The position numbers and the translations under genes are program-made. Source: Candidatus Tenderia sp. (GTDB lineage: Bacteria; Pseudomonadota; Gammaproteobacteria; Tenderiales; Tenderiaceae). From it: a stretch of DNA of 64,000 nt. Below the pieces are notes generated by a model. That model had not been told where the DNA came from. It was given only the letters and a program-made list of their open reading frames with translations, and ran no database searches. Positions 51,376 through 63,709 of this stretch are shown here, in pieces (within the stretch, counting starts at the first letter, position 1; every line of letters begins with the position of its first letter). Location of the stretch: positions 19,138 to 83,137 of the forward strand of contig JANOSY010000031.1 of NCBI GenBank assembly GCA_031416075.1. The letters run 5' to 3'.

Positions 51376-52629
51376 ATGAATAAGTCTGCAATAGGGATGT
51401 TGATATTTGGCTCAGCTTTATCTGTTGGCACATATGCTGACAGTGACATAGGAGAAGGACATGTGCACGCCGGAGCCTCAACAGAATTAGATCACCACAC
51501 CATGCACGATCTGCTCTCTGATAAAACCTGGGAGTTTTACGGAATGCTTTATGCCTCATTGCAAAGCAGCGATGCGGGCAATGCACTCGACCACGGCGGC
51601 AACAGCTCCCAGACCAACCTCTGGCTCTCTACCGGGGAGACAACCCTGGGGTTTAAAGGGTCAGTACCTCTGGATAACGGCCTTCAGGCCATCTGGCAGA
51701 TCGAGTCCACTATTAATCTCGATGAGTTTGGCGAGGCCGCAGGCCATGCCCACGGTGATCAACCCGCAGGCTACAACAGCAGCAAGCTGGCCGGTGGCCA
51801 CAACAGCTTCATCGGTTTAAGCGGTAACTGGGGCATACTGCTGGCGGGTAAACATAACACGCCATTTTTTGACGCCACCATTCAATTCGACCTCTTCCAC
51901 CACATACCCGGTGACGTACGTGCCATGTTAGGCCGACTGCCTAACGTGGAGAGTGGTTCTGGCGACCACCATGGCGGCACATTTAACGTCTCGGCATCAG
52001 ATACCATCATGTACAAATCGCCAAAACTGGCCAGTGGCCTTTCGTTTGAGGGGGCAATTTTTGCCCTGAACGAAACATTGGTGGATGACAATCAAGCTGA
52101 CCCTTCCGCCTTTGGTTTGGGTGCCCGTTGGCAGCAGAAGACATTTGCACTGGTGGCTGCCTACGAACAGCACAAAAACTACGACTCGTATAACCACGAT
52201 GGACGTGGTGCCACGCCATCACTCCCGATTGATAAAACAACGGGGCTTATTGTGGGTGGCATGATGCACTTCAACGATAACAATACGATGGTCGGGGCGT
52301 TTTTTGAGCAGCTGGATACAAGCTCATCATCACCCTCCGTTCCTAACCTGAGTCGTGATGGTTATTACGTCAATCTTCAACAACGTTTCATGGGCAAAAA
52401 CAAGCTCAAACTGGCCTTGTCTGAAGCCGACGCCTTTCAGATAAGGGATGGCGCACAGATGGTGGCTATAGCGCTGGCCAGAGAGCTGGGAGCATCAACT
52501 GAGATATATGCCACTTATGCCAAAACCAATAATAAGCAGTTTGCCAGTTACAACAATGGCACCGCTGGTCCTTTAGGAAAAGGTGGCGATCCACAGACAC
52601 TTGCAATTGGCATTGTGCATAAGTTCTAA
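51376..52629 (+). CDS. Outer-membrane porin (general Gram-negative porin type)
   Basis: 417 aa. Signal peptide MNKSAIGMLIFGSALSVGTYA and C-terminal ...AIGIVHKF. Has His-rich loops. Confidence 0.75.
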   Translation: MNKSAIGMLIFGSALSVGTYADSDIGEGHVHAGASTELDHHTMHDLLSDKTWEFYGMLYASLQSSDAGNALDHGGNSSQTNLWLSTGETTLGFKGSVPLDNGLQAIWQIESTINLDEFGEAAGHAHGDQPAGYNSSKLAGGHNSFIGLSGNWGILLAGKHNTPFFDATIQFDLFHHIPGDVRAMLGRLPNVESGSGDHHGGTFNVSASDTIMYKSPKLASGLSFEGAIFALNETLVDDNQADPSAFGLGARWQQKTFALVAAYEQHKNYDSYNHDGRGATPSLPIDKTTGLIVGGMMHFNDNNTMVGAFFEQLDTSSSSPSVPNLSRDGYYVNLQQRFMGKNKLKLALSEADAFQIRDGAQMVAIALARELGASTEIYATYAKTNNKQFASYNNGTAGPLGKGGDPQTLAIGIVHKF

Positions 52630-52669
52630 GCCGTACAGTCACCATTAACATTTTGTACTAAAAGCGGGC

Positions 52670-52706
52670 ACAAGGCCGACCAGCACCCTATGCTGGTCGG
52701 CCTTGT
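52670..52706. terminator. Bidirectional terminator hairpin (porin / truD convergent)
   Basis: CAAGGCCGACCAGCA-cccta-TGCTGGTCGGCCTTG: a perfect 15-bp stem followed by TCATTTTAT. Confidence 0.8.
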
Positions 52707-52735
52707 CATTTTATACCTTCCCCCTCTTTCACCCA

Positions 52736-53797
52736 CTACCGCTCACTATATATAAGCAGCTCACGCAAGACGGAGGTGGCATAACTGCCCGCGGGCAGAA
52801 AAAAACTCATGTTTAATGATTCATCACTCATATGCCACTGCAGCTCTCGCACGGGCAGACGCAGGGCACGGCGCTCCTGCTTCATATCAACCGCCTCAAG
52901 CCCTTTGCAAAAAAGAGGAAACAGCTCCGCCAGCGGCTGCTCCAATGCCATCACCTCACCACTACTGGATAACGCCCCCTTGCCCCACAGAGGTCCCGTT
53001 GGGTGAATATCCTGCTGCTGCAGGCGATCTCGAACCTCTTGATCAATCTCCTCTGCAAAAAAAACAGAGTGGCTGCCATCAAGCATCATCATCTCACCGG
53101 GTAGACCACTGTTCCAGTTACCTGCAGCCACACGTTGTGACAACAGGTAATTAAAAACAGCAGAACGGGCCGATGAGAGGTACATGCTGCGTTTGTTGCG
53201 GTCACGCACCTTGATGCGCCCTTCGAACATGGCGCTGACACGCTCAAGGTTGTCGTGACCAAAACGCTGTTCACCAAAGTAGTTGGGGACACCTTGAGTG
53301 GCGATCTGCTGCAAGCGTGGTTCGAGGGTAGCGATGTCGCCTTGCAACTCCCGTATCACCAGTGTGAAGCGGTTGCCTTGCAGTGCACCGCGCCGCAGTT
53401 TGCGGTTGTGACGTGTGACTGTAAGCACCTCGATCTCGTCGCTGTTGAGTTTGGTCCAGTCCGGCTCGGGTTTGCTGGAGAGGTAGAGACTGAACCATTG
53501 GGTAGTAACGGCATGGCGATCTTTCAAACCGGCATAACTGACATCCATCAGTTTGATGCCCGCCAGTTTGGCCAGCTGTTCGGCGACAAAGGCAGTATTG
53601 CTGTTGCGTTTGCGGATCAACAGGCAGGCGTGTTCACCTTCGCCACTCGGTTCAAAACCAAGCAGTTCGTCGACTTGAAAATCTTCAGGTGTGGCGCGTA
53701 TTTTGCCGCTGACAGCGGGATGGGAAAAGGCGTAGCTGAGTGTATCGATCGTTGGCATTAATTGGGGCCTGTTGTGTGTGCAAAGGTCTACTGACAC
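52736..53797 (-). CDS. truD: tRNA pseudouridine(13) synthase TruD
   Basis: 353 aa. FxVxE N-terminal motif (PEDFQVDELLGF), GLKDRHA, and ispDF-truD synteny. Confidence 0.9.
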   Translation of the reverse strand: MSVDLCTHNRPQLMPTIDTLSYAFSHPAVSGKIRATPEDFQVDELLGFEPSGEGEHACLLIRKRNSNTAFVAEQLAKLAGIKLMDVSYAGLKDRHAVTTQWFSLYLSSKPEPDWTKLNSDEIEVLTVTRHNRKLRRGALQGNRFTLVIRELQGDIATLEPRLQQIATQGVPNYFGEQRFGHDNLERVSAMFEGRIKVRDRNKRSMYLSSARSAVFNYLLSQRVAAGNWNSGLPGEMMMLDGSHSVFFAEEIDQEVRDRLQQQDIHPTGPLWGKGALSSSGEVMALEQPLAELFPLFCKGLEAVDMKQERRALRLPVRELQWHMSDESLNMSFFLPAGSYATSVLRELLIYSER

Positions 53798-53836
53798 TAT
53801 AAAAATCCATTCTCCCCCGACATTGAAACTACAGTG

Positions 53837-54316
53837 CTAATCATCGGCCTCTTTTAGCAGCACTACTGCATAGGTTGCAATTCCCTCTTTGCGTCCGGCA
53901 AATCCCATACCTTCCGTTGTGGTTGCCTTGATGTTGAGCCGTGTTTCGTTGATCTCCAGATCGGCGGCAAGCACGGCTATCATCTGCGGGATATGGGGTT
54001 TCATCTTGGGTGTTTGGGCAACGATGGTGATGTCGGCATTGCCGATGCTGAAACCACCCGCTTTAAGCTTAACCATCACCTCACGCAGCAGGATACGGCT
54101 ATCGATATCTTTGTAACTGGCACTGGTATCGGGAAAGAGTCCGCCAATATCCCCCATGCCGGCGGCACCCAGCAGTGCGTCGATCAGGGCGTGAATCACC
54201 ACATCACCATCGGAATGGGCCAACATCCCCTGCTCATGGGGGATATTCACCCCGCCCAGTATCAACTTTCTGTTGACGGCAAAGCGGTGGGCATCATAAC
54301 CGTGTCCTATACGCAT
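53837..54316 (-). CDS. ispF: 2-C-methyl-D-erythritol 2,4-cyclodiphosphate synthase
   Basis: 159 aa, MRIGHGYDAHRF...HSDGDVVIHAL. Confidence 0.95.
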   Translation of the reverse strand: MRIGHGYDAHRFAVNRKLILGGVNIPHEQGMLAHSDGDVVIHALIDALLGAAGMGDIGGLFPDTSASYKDIDSRILLREVMVKLKAGGFSIGNADITIVAQTPKMKPHIPQMIAVLAADLEINETRLNIKATTTEGMGFAGRKEGIATYAVVLLKEADD

Positions 54317-55030
54317 CTACTCGTGCTCCTGTCGGGCCATGTACATCTCGGCCAGGGTTAAGTCTTCGGGGCGGGTGATTTTAATGTTATCAGCGCGGCA
54401 CTCAACCATGCGTGGTATATGGCCTGCCCGTTCAATGGCCGCGGCCTCATCAGTCACCAATGTATGGGTATTCAACGCCTCTGCCAGCGCCTGTTTCAGC
54501 AGCCCATAACGGAACATCTGCGGCGTCATGGCGCGCCAGAGATTATCGCGACTGACCGTGGCGATCACTGCGCCCTGTTCATCGGTACGTTTCATGGTAT
54601 CGGCCACCGGCACACCGAGCAGACCACCCACAGCATGATCGGACAATGCGGTAATCAATCGATCGATGTCGTTGTGATGCAGACAAGGGCGCGCGGCATC
54701 ATGTACCAGCACCCAGTCATCATCATGGGCGCGACCTTCAAGTTTAAGCAAACCGTTGTAGACCGAGTGGCAACGCTCAGCCCCACCCACCGTGGTGAGC
54801 AGCTTGTTTTGTTTGGAGAGTTTGGCGACAACCGTTGGCCAGTGCTCGTCATCAGCACCCAGTGCCACCACTACAGCATTGATCTGCATATGACGACACA
54901 AACGACGGAGGGTATGTTCGATAACAGTGCAACCATGCAGGTTAAGATACTGCTTAGGAATAGCAACGCCCATGCGTCTGCCCACGCCAGCGGCAGGCAC
55001 AACGGCCCAATAGTTAGGTGGGTTGTTCAT
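54317..55030 (-). CDS. ispD: 2-C-methyl-D-erythritol 4-phosphate cytidylyltransferase
   Basis: 237 aa, VVPAAGVGRRMG...; lies directly upstream of ispF. Confidence 0.95.
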   Translation of the reverse strand: MNNPPNYWAVVPAAGVGRRMGVAIPKQYLNLHGCTVIEHTLRRLCRHMQINAVVVALGADDEHWPTVVAKLSKQNKLLTTVGGAERCHSVYNGLLKLEGRAHDDDWVLVHDAARPCLHHNDIDRLITALSDHAVGGLLGVPVADTMKRTDEQGAVIATVSRDNLWRAMTPQMFRYGLLKQALAEALNTHTLVTDEAAAIERAGHIPRMVECRADNIKITRPEDLTLAEMYMARQEHE

Positions 55031-55314
55031 TCGACGATCTGGAAGAAGACTTCATCTTTTTTGACCATGCCCAACTCGCTGCGGGCACGCTCTTCAATCG
55101 CCTCTACACCCTGCTTAAGGTCTTGCACCTCAGCATCAAGGGCGGCATTACGTTCATGAATCTTGGCGTTCTCCGCCTTCTGTTTTTCGATGGAGTGATG
55201 TAGCCGCGAAACCTCGGCCAGACTCCCCTCGCCTACCCATAGCCGGTATTGCAGACCGGCCAATAGAATAATCAGTATGACGTTGATCCACTTCATGAGG
55301 TATGCCGTCGGCAA
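55027..55314 (-). CDS. ftsB: Cell division protein FtsB
   Basis: 95 aa with a TM segment and a coiled coil. Sits in eno-ftsB-ispD synteny. Confidence 0.85.
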   Translation of the reverse strand: MPTAYLMKWINVILIILLAGLQYRLWVGEGSLAEVSRLHHSIEKQKAENAKIHERNAALDAEVQDLKQGVEAIEERARSELGMVKKDEVFFQIVE

Positions 55315-55338
55315 TACGCCGACGGCCTCGGTTTCACC

Positions 55339-56661
<1,323 letters not shown>

Positions 56662-56706
56662 CTAAGTACAACACTGGGCGCTGACATGCACCAACACCCC
56701 AATTTT

Positions 56707-57539
56707 TTATTGATTTTGTTCGATAAAGCCGCTCGACTTCACCGTCATATCTAACTGCTTCAACGTCTGCAACAGCGCCTCCATCTGACCCAACGGCCAG
56801 GCATTAGGGCCATCGCTCAGCGCTTTATCGGGATCAGGGTGGGTTTCCATGAACAGGCCGGAAATCCCCGCCGCCACCGCCGCCCTTGCCAATACCGGCA
56901 CAAACTCTCGCTGCCCACCGGAGCTCTGCCCCTGACCACCGGGCTGCTGCACCGAATGGGTGGCATCAAAGACCACCGGGCAACCGGTCTCACGCATGAT
57001 CGCCAGGCCGCGAATATCCGTAATCAGCGTATTGTAACCGAAGGAGGTGCCACGATCGCAGACCATAATCTGATCGTTACCCACTTCACGGGCCTTGGCG
57101 ACGACATTGGCCATATCCCAAGGGGCCAGGAACTGCCCCTTTTTGATATTCACCGGTTTGCCCTGACGGGCAACATTCTGAATAAAGTTAGTCTGACGAC
57201 AGAGGAACGCCGGGGTTTGCAATACATCCACCACACTGGCTACCTCATCCAATGGAGTATCTTCATGGACGTCGGTCAACACCGCCACACCCAGCTCATC
57301 TTTCACCCGTTGCAGGATACGCAGCCCCTCTTCAATACCGGGACCCCGAAAGCTCTTGCTCGACGTGCGGTTGGCCTTATCAAACGAAGACTTATAGATA
57401 AAAGGGATGCCAAGACGTGAAGTCATCTCTTTCAACGCCGCCGCCGTCTCCAGCGCCAGCGCCTCACTCTCAATCACACAGGGACCGGCAATGAGGAAAA
57501 AGGGGTGATCAAGTCCTGCTTCAAACCCACATAGTTTCA

Positions 57540-57540
<1 letters not shown>
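56707..57540 (-). CDS. kdsA: 3-deoxy-8-phosphooctulonate synthase
   Basis: 277 aa. GPCVIES...[12 protein letters not shown]. Confidence 0.95.
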
Positions 57541-59243
<1,703 letters not shown>

Positions 59244-59373
59244 TCAATGCGGGAAGCCGGAATTTTTAACACTCACCCATACAAGATTGGCCAAGATCGG
59301 CCAAACCCCTCACCACCGGCAAAATTCAGGCACATATAGACACCAGCAACAGCAATCGCTAACATACGCCCCG

Positions 59374-59480
59374 TCATTGGGGAGTAGCCGCCTTTCTATA
59401 TTGAAGGGGCTGACGTCAACACACTTGGCCCTCACGGCCATGGCGTCAACAGAACATTTCCTGGCAAGACCTTTGACCAT
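59374..59480 (+). promoter_or_regulatory. yybP-ykoY (manganese) riboswitch
   Basis: Hallmark blocks TTGGGGAGTAGCCGCC ... GTCAACAC ... GGCGTCAACAGAACATTTCCTGGCAAGACCTTTGACC. The P1 halves TTGG/CCTT flank GGGGAGUAG and GCAAGACC. It lies in the 5' leader of a GDT1/UPF0016 gene. Confidence 0.75.
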
Positions 59481-59544
59481 ACCACCCTTGCATTGGCCGG
59501 GGGGGAGTATGGTCATTGGAATTAAACCGGCCAGGAGCTCTAAT

Positions 59545-60111
59545 ATGGACGCATTTTTTATATCAACAGGCATTGTCGCCCTGGCCGAAATTGGCGATAA
59601 AACCCAGCTACTGGCCTTTATGCTGGCCGCCAAATACCGCAAACCCACCCCTATCATCCTCGGCATTTTAGTCGCCACCCTCGCCAATCATGCGGCGGCT
59701 GGGGCATTAGGCGGATGGCTCAGCACGCTGTTCAGTGCCGAAGCATTACGCTGGGCACTGGGGGCATCCTTTATTGCCATGGCAATCTGGATATTAATCC
59801 CCGACAAACTCGATGATAAACAGAGCCAGCTCACTCACTTCGGTATATTTGGCACTACGCTCATCCTCTTTTTTCTGGCTGAAATGGGCGACAAAACCCA
59901 AATTGCCACCATCGCTCTGGCCGCTCAATACCAGCACATAGTAGCCGTGGTGGCAGGAACCACCCTTGGCATGATGATAGCCAACGTGCCTGCGGTCATA
60001 TTTGGTGAAAAAATAACCCGGCACATCCCACTCAACGTAGTACACGGCATCGCTGCGCTTATTTTTGCCGTGTTGGGCATTATCACCCTCATAGGGGCGA
60101 TAACCCTATAA
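59545..60111 (+). CDS. GDT1/TMEM165 (UPF0016) family cation (Mn2+/Ca2+) transporter
   Basis: Start moved to ATG 59545 (MDAFFISTG, AGGAG SD). Two E-x-G-D-K-T motifs (LAEIGDKTQ, LAEMGDKTQ). Confidence 0.85.
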   Translation: MDAFFISTGIVALAEIGDKTQLLAFMLAAKYRKPTPIILGILVATLANHAAAGALGGWLSTLFSAEALRWALGASFIAMAIWILIPDKLDDKQSQLTHFGIFGTTLILFFLAEMGDKTQIATIALAAQYQHIVAVVAGTTLGMMIANVPAVIFGEKITRHIPLNVVHGIAALIFAVLGIITLIGAITL

Positions 60112-60167
60112 AATGAGAGGCCAAACATCCGCCCCCCACTCTTACCAACCATATCCAACACATTAAA

Positions 60168-60197
60168 AGGCCCACTACTGGGGGCAGTAGCGGGCCT
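60168..60197 (-). terminator. Rho-independent terminator downstream of efp
   Basis: AGGCCCACTACTG-GGGG-CAGTAGCGGGCCT, followed by TTTTAAT on the minus strand. Confidence 0.75.
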
Positions 60198-60225
60198 CTT
60201 AACTACAACGCGGTTTTAATGAGTA

Positions 60226-60783
60226 CTATTTGGCGCGGCTGCGGTACTCATCAGTACGGGTATCAATTTCGATTTTATCGCCAATTTCAACAAAGGCGGG
60301 AACCGAAAGTTCATAGCCAGAAGGCAACTTAGCCAGTTTCATCACCTTGCCAGAGGTATCCCCTTTGGCAGCGGGTTCTGTGTAGATAACTTCACGAACC
60401 AGGGTGGTTGGCAGGTTAACGGAGATCGCCTTACCGTTATAGAAGACCACTTCACACGGCATTCCATCTTCGAGGTACTTCAGCGCGTCTTCGACGTTTT
60501 CAGCTTCAATTTCATACTGTTCGTAATCGCCATCCATAAAGACATACATCGGATCGGCAAAATAGGAGTAGGTAACCTCTTTGGCATCCAGGATTACCTG
60601 TTCAAACTTATCATCAGCACGGTAAACAGTCTCCATCGCCGCACCGTTGAGCAGATTTTTCATCTTCATCTTCACAACGGCAGAGTTACGACCGGACTTA
60701 TTAAAATCAGCCTTCAGCACCACCATCGGATCGTTACCGACCATAATTACCTGACCTGCACGCACTTCCTGAGCAACTTTCAT
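60226..60783 (-). CDS. efp: Elongation factor P, Arg32 (EarP/rhamnosylation) type
   Basis: [12 protein letters not shown]...[22 protein letters not shown] closely follows the Pseudomonas-type EF-P. The loop tip is R32 rather than K34. The second ATG is used as the start. Confidence 0.9.
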   Translation of the reverse strand: MKVAQEVRAGQVIMVGNDPMVVLKADFNKSGRNSAVVKMKMKNLLNGAAMETVYRADDKFEQVILDAKEVTYSYFADPMYVFMDGDYEQYEIEAENVEDALKYLEDGMPCEVVFYNGKAISVNLPTTLVREVIYTEPAAKGDTSGKVMKLAKLPSGYELSVPAFVEIGDKIEIDTRTDEYRSRAK

Positions 60784-60825
60784 CATGGGAGCATCAACCT
60801 TGGCTAATAAAAAAAGAGAGGGAGA

Positions 60826-61160
60826 TTATAAATATTTTTCACAAAAATGCACTAAATTCGTCATCATGCCCCCCAAATCACCCAGTCCATCGACCTGTTT
60901 CTCACCATAATTCAGCCAACTGCTCGCACCAAACCACAAAGGGCAACCACCACCCAGCCACTCTTCCCTCTGGCGGAAAACCTTCCCTATCAGGGATCTA
61001 CCGGCCCACTGGGCGCAAACAAGGAGTCTTCCCCGCTCACAAAATTGAGGCCACGCACCCACAGCAACCGGTCATAACCATCCTGCTCCAGGAATGGGCA
61101 GATGCACCGTCAAACCACCTTAGGGAAGCGCTGAATACCCACTCCGTTTATAGTGGATTT
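60826..61160 (-). pseudogene. earP: Remnant of the EF-P arginine rhamnosyltransferase gene earP (C-terminal third, multiple frameshifts and stops)
   Basis: Three frames read in turn GGLTVHLP / PFLEQDGYDRLLWVRGLNFVSGEDSLF / LVCAQWAGRS. Together these track the remembered EarP segment G.LT.HVLPF.PQD.YDRLLW..D.N.VRGEDSFVRAQWAG. Only about 0.5 kb of space exists for a gene that is normally about 1.1 kb. Confidence 0.5.
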
Positions 61161-61286
61161 GTCGAGCCATGGCCAGAGAGGATATTCAGAGACTCACTTA
61201 GAGCTATGTACGTTAAGAGTTCAGGTTAAAATCCTCTGCCAGTCCAAAGCAACAACCCATTGGGTTTTTTTGCAATGAGCGCAGAA

Positions 61287-63554
61287 CTATTTTAATAACA
61301 TCTCTACTGCACCACGCCACGCAACAGGTGGTGTCTGCACATAACGCTGACAGAGTTTTAGATAAAAAGCACTGGGGCCATCCTCTGGGTAACGCATGGC
61401 CAGGCGTTGGAACATAATTAGTGACTCATTCCATGCCTGTGAAAAAAACAGCGCTTGTGCCAGTTCAAAGTCAGCGCATAAAACCTGCTCTGCCATTGAG
61501 TGTTGACTGGTATAACCCAGCAGCTCATGAAGGGTGACGGCCTGCTCTTTACCTACCAATATAAAACACCCCAATTTTCGCGTGACTATTCCCATTACGT
61601 TTTGCAGCACCTCTTCCGAGGCGATGACGTTAGTACCGAGCTGTTTATTCAACCCCTGAATACGTGACGCAGTATTAACGATATCACCCACTGCACGATA
61701 TTCGTAGTGGTCCAACGCGCCGATGTTTCCAATCATCATCTCCCCGGCATGAAGACCTATACGTGTATGCAATACCCTGTTTTGCTGCTGACTGAATTTA
61801 ACCGCAGCAGCAGCAATATCAAGCGCGGCTTCACACGCCTGTTGCCGCAACTGTGGCTCTGGCTGTGGTGAGGACCAGAGCGCTAACATTGCATCACCGA
61901 TAACATCGGAGACGATGCCGTGATGAGCGCGCACCGGTGCAAAGAGTACTTCGTAGTAGGCGTTCATCAAATCACTTAATACGTGGGGGGCAAGCCTTTC
62001 TGCCAGATGGGTATAACGCTCTGCATCCGTTGCCAGGCAGATGCCGTACATTAACTGGCCGGTGGCTGTGATGGGGGTGGCGTTGTCTGCAAAATGGTCA
62101 GCTACATTGCGTGGTACATAGTGGCTGAATGCCTGATGTATCTGTTGCTGGCTGCGATGCACATCACCATAACGACAGAGCAGTGAGACGACTAATGCAA
62201 TCGGTGTTTGAATAAACAGCGGGACCACCCAGGGCAGCCATATATTGGCCACATTAAACAGGATCGAGGCTGTCATCAGGTAGAGTCCCGCGATAGTAAC
62301 GCTGCCAATCACTATCAACAGGGATGACGGTAACCGCCCAACCCCTGCAATAAAAAACCCATACGCCGCTATTGATAACATAAAAACGGTTGCTGTCAGG
62401 GGTTGAAGGGTTGTCTCTTCCAGAACATTGGCAAATGTGGTGGCGGCAATCTCCACACCACTTACATCGACACCGTTTGGTTGGGAGTAGACGGTAAAAA
62501 ACCCATCTTTCTGTTCAGGCTGGCGATTTTCTGCGAAGCCTACAAACACTGCTTTGCCTCTGAACCGGGCAAGTGTCTCAGCATCTCCCCTCAATACATC
62601 GGCATACTCTATGGTAGGTATGGTGTGGGGGGGGCCATACAGATTTAAATAAGGTCTATTTTCCCCAGTATATGTAGTCAGTAGCGCTTCGACCTGCTTC
62701 TTATTTGCATCGCCGGATAACGCTGACTGAGAGATGTTCTGTTTTATTTTTCTCAAAAGCACGGGATGTGTAAGCAGCATTTCACGCGCATCGGGGTTAA
62801 AACTGGTGGCGTCTTCATTCACTATCTTTTTTTCCAGTAACTGCTGCATTAATGCAGCATCATCACCCGCCAGCTGCCGTAACCACTGCCTGACGGCTGG
62901 TGCGGTATAACGCTCCAGCGCCACAACGGGCAGTGTTGCAACATCGCCGGCAGAGGTATGAAAACTCCAGAACTGACTAACACGTATGGGGACCTTGGGT
63001 AAAACAAAAGGCGCGACACCACTGGCCGCCTCTGCAAGTGCGGGAAAAGGCAGCACCAGCTGCTCCACATAGATATCACTGCTGCTGTTGTCCGTAATTT
63101 CACGTTTAAGATAGGCAAACAACAGTACGTTTCCGGCCCGCCGGGTGGCGTCCACCAGCAGCTGATCTGTTTTCGGATCCCGTGGTTCTTTAAAAAAAAC
63201 ATCAAATGCCACCACAGTGGCCCCTGCCTCGGCCAGCTGGTCTATAATCTGTGCATGCATCTCCCGTGGCCACTGGGCTGGATCATTGATCAATCCCAAA
63301 CGATCAGCAGAGCCTTTGTCTATAGACACAAGCACAACATCAGCCGGGGGCACACGATGGCCACGCAGTGTATATAGGGTTTCCAGGCCGATGTTTTCTT
63401 CCCAATCCAGTCCAAAAGGTAGAAAATAGCTCAACAGGCCAATGGCCGCTGTGGATAGACCTAACAGCAGTACCTTGTTAAGCGCTACTGTTCTGCTAAA
63501 ACGACGGCGTTGATCAGGCATTAAAGGTATGGCTCTTATGAGTATGCAATCCAA
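61287..63554 (-). CDS. CHASE2 sensor domain - class III adenylate/guanylate cyclase
   Basis: 755 aa (the start may be ATG 63521). Periplasmic CHASE2-like region, TM bundle, then a cyclase domain (ATDAERYT...GDAMLALW...RIGLHAGEMMIGNIG) and a TPR-like tail. Confidence 0.8.
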   Translation of the reverse strand: MDCILIRAIPLMPDQRRRFSRTVALNKVLLLGLSTAAIGLLSYFLPFGLDWEENIGLETLYTLRGHRVPPADVVLVSIDKGSADRLGLINDPAQWPREMHAQIIDQLAEAGATVVAFDVFFKEPRDPKTDQLLVDATRRAGNVLLFAYLKREITDNSSSDIYVEQLVLPFPALAEAASGVAPFVLPKVPIRVSQFWSFHTSAGDVATLPVVALERYTAPAVRQWLRQLAGDDAALMQQLLEKKIVNEDATSFNPDAREMLLTHPVLLRKIKQNISQSALSGDANKKQVEALLTTYTGENRPYLNLYGPPHTIPTIEYADVLRGDAETLARFRGKAVFVGFAENRQPEQKDGFFTVYSQPNGVDVSGVEIAATTFANVLEETTLQPLTATVFMLSIAAYGFFIAGVGRLPSSLLIVIGSVTIAGLYLMTASILFNVANIWLPWVVPLFIQTPIALVVSLLCRYGDVHRSQQQIHQAFSHYVPRNVADHFADNATPITATGQLMYGICLATDAERYTHLAERLAPHVLSDLMNAYYEVLFAPVRAHHGIVSDVIGDAMLALWSSPQPEPQLRQQACEAALDIAAAAVKFSQQQNRVLHTRIGLHAGEMMIGNIGALDHYEYRAVGDIVNTASRIQGLNKQLGTNVIASEEVLQNVMGIVTRKLGCFILVGKEQAVTLHELLGYTSQHSMAEQVLCADFELAQALFFSQAWNESLIMFQRLAMRYPEDGPSAFYLKLCQRYVQTPPVAWRGAVEMLLK

Positions 63555-63709
63555 CGAAAGTGAGCATTTTGCCGAGCGGGGTCTGCTTGTGCAAGCAATG
63601 ATGCCGGTATGTGATGGGATTCTAGGCTACACTGAGGCGCTGTTGAATAGATGGCTGGGGGCGCAACCATTATCCAATTCTCAGGCATGTAACCAAAGGA
63701 TAGATAGTA

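Noticed and set aside
51254-51586. 110-aa minus-strand ORF upstream of and overlapping the porin start
   Set aside because: It lies in the AT-rich porin promoter and signal-peptide region. The Cys/Leu-rich product has no features, and the porin frame is convincing.
60826-61062. 78-aa minus-strand ORF as a genuine small gene
   Set aside because: Its middle (LLVCAQWAGRS) is one frame of the disrupted earP-like sequence. Adjacent similarity continues in other frames, so it is treated as part of a pseudogene.
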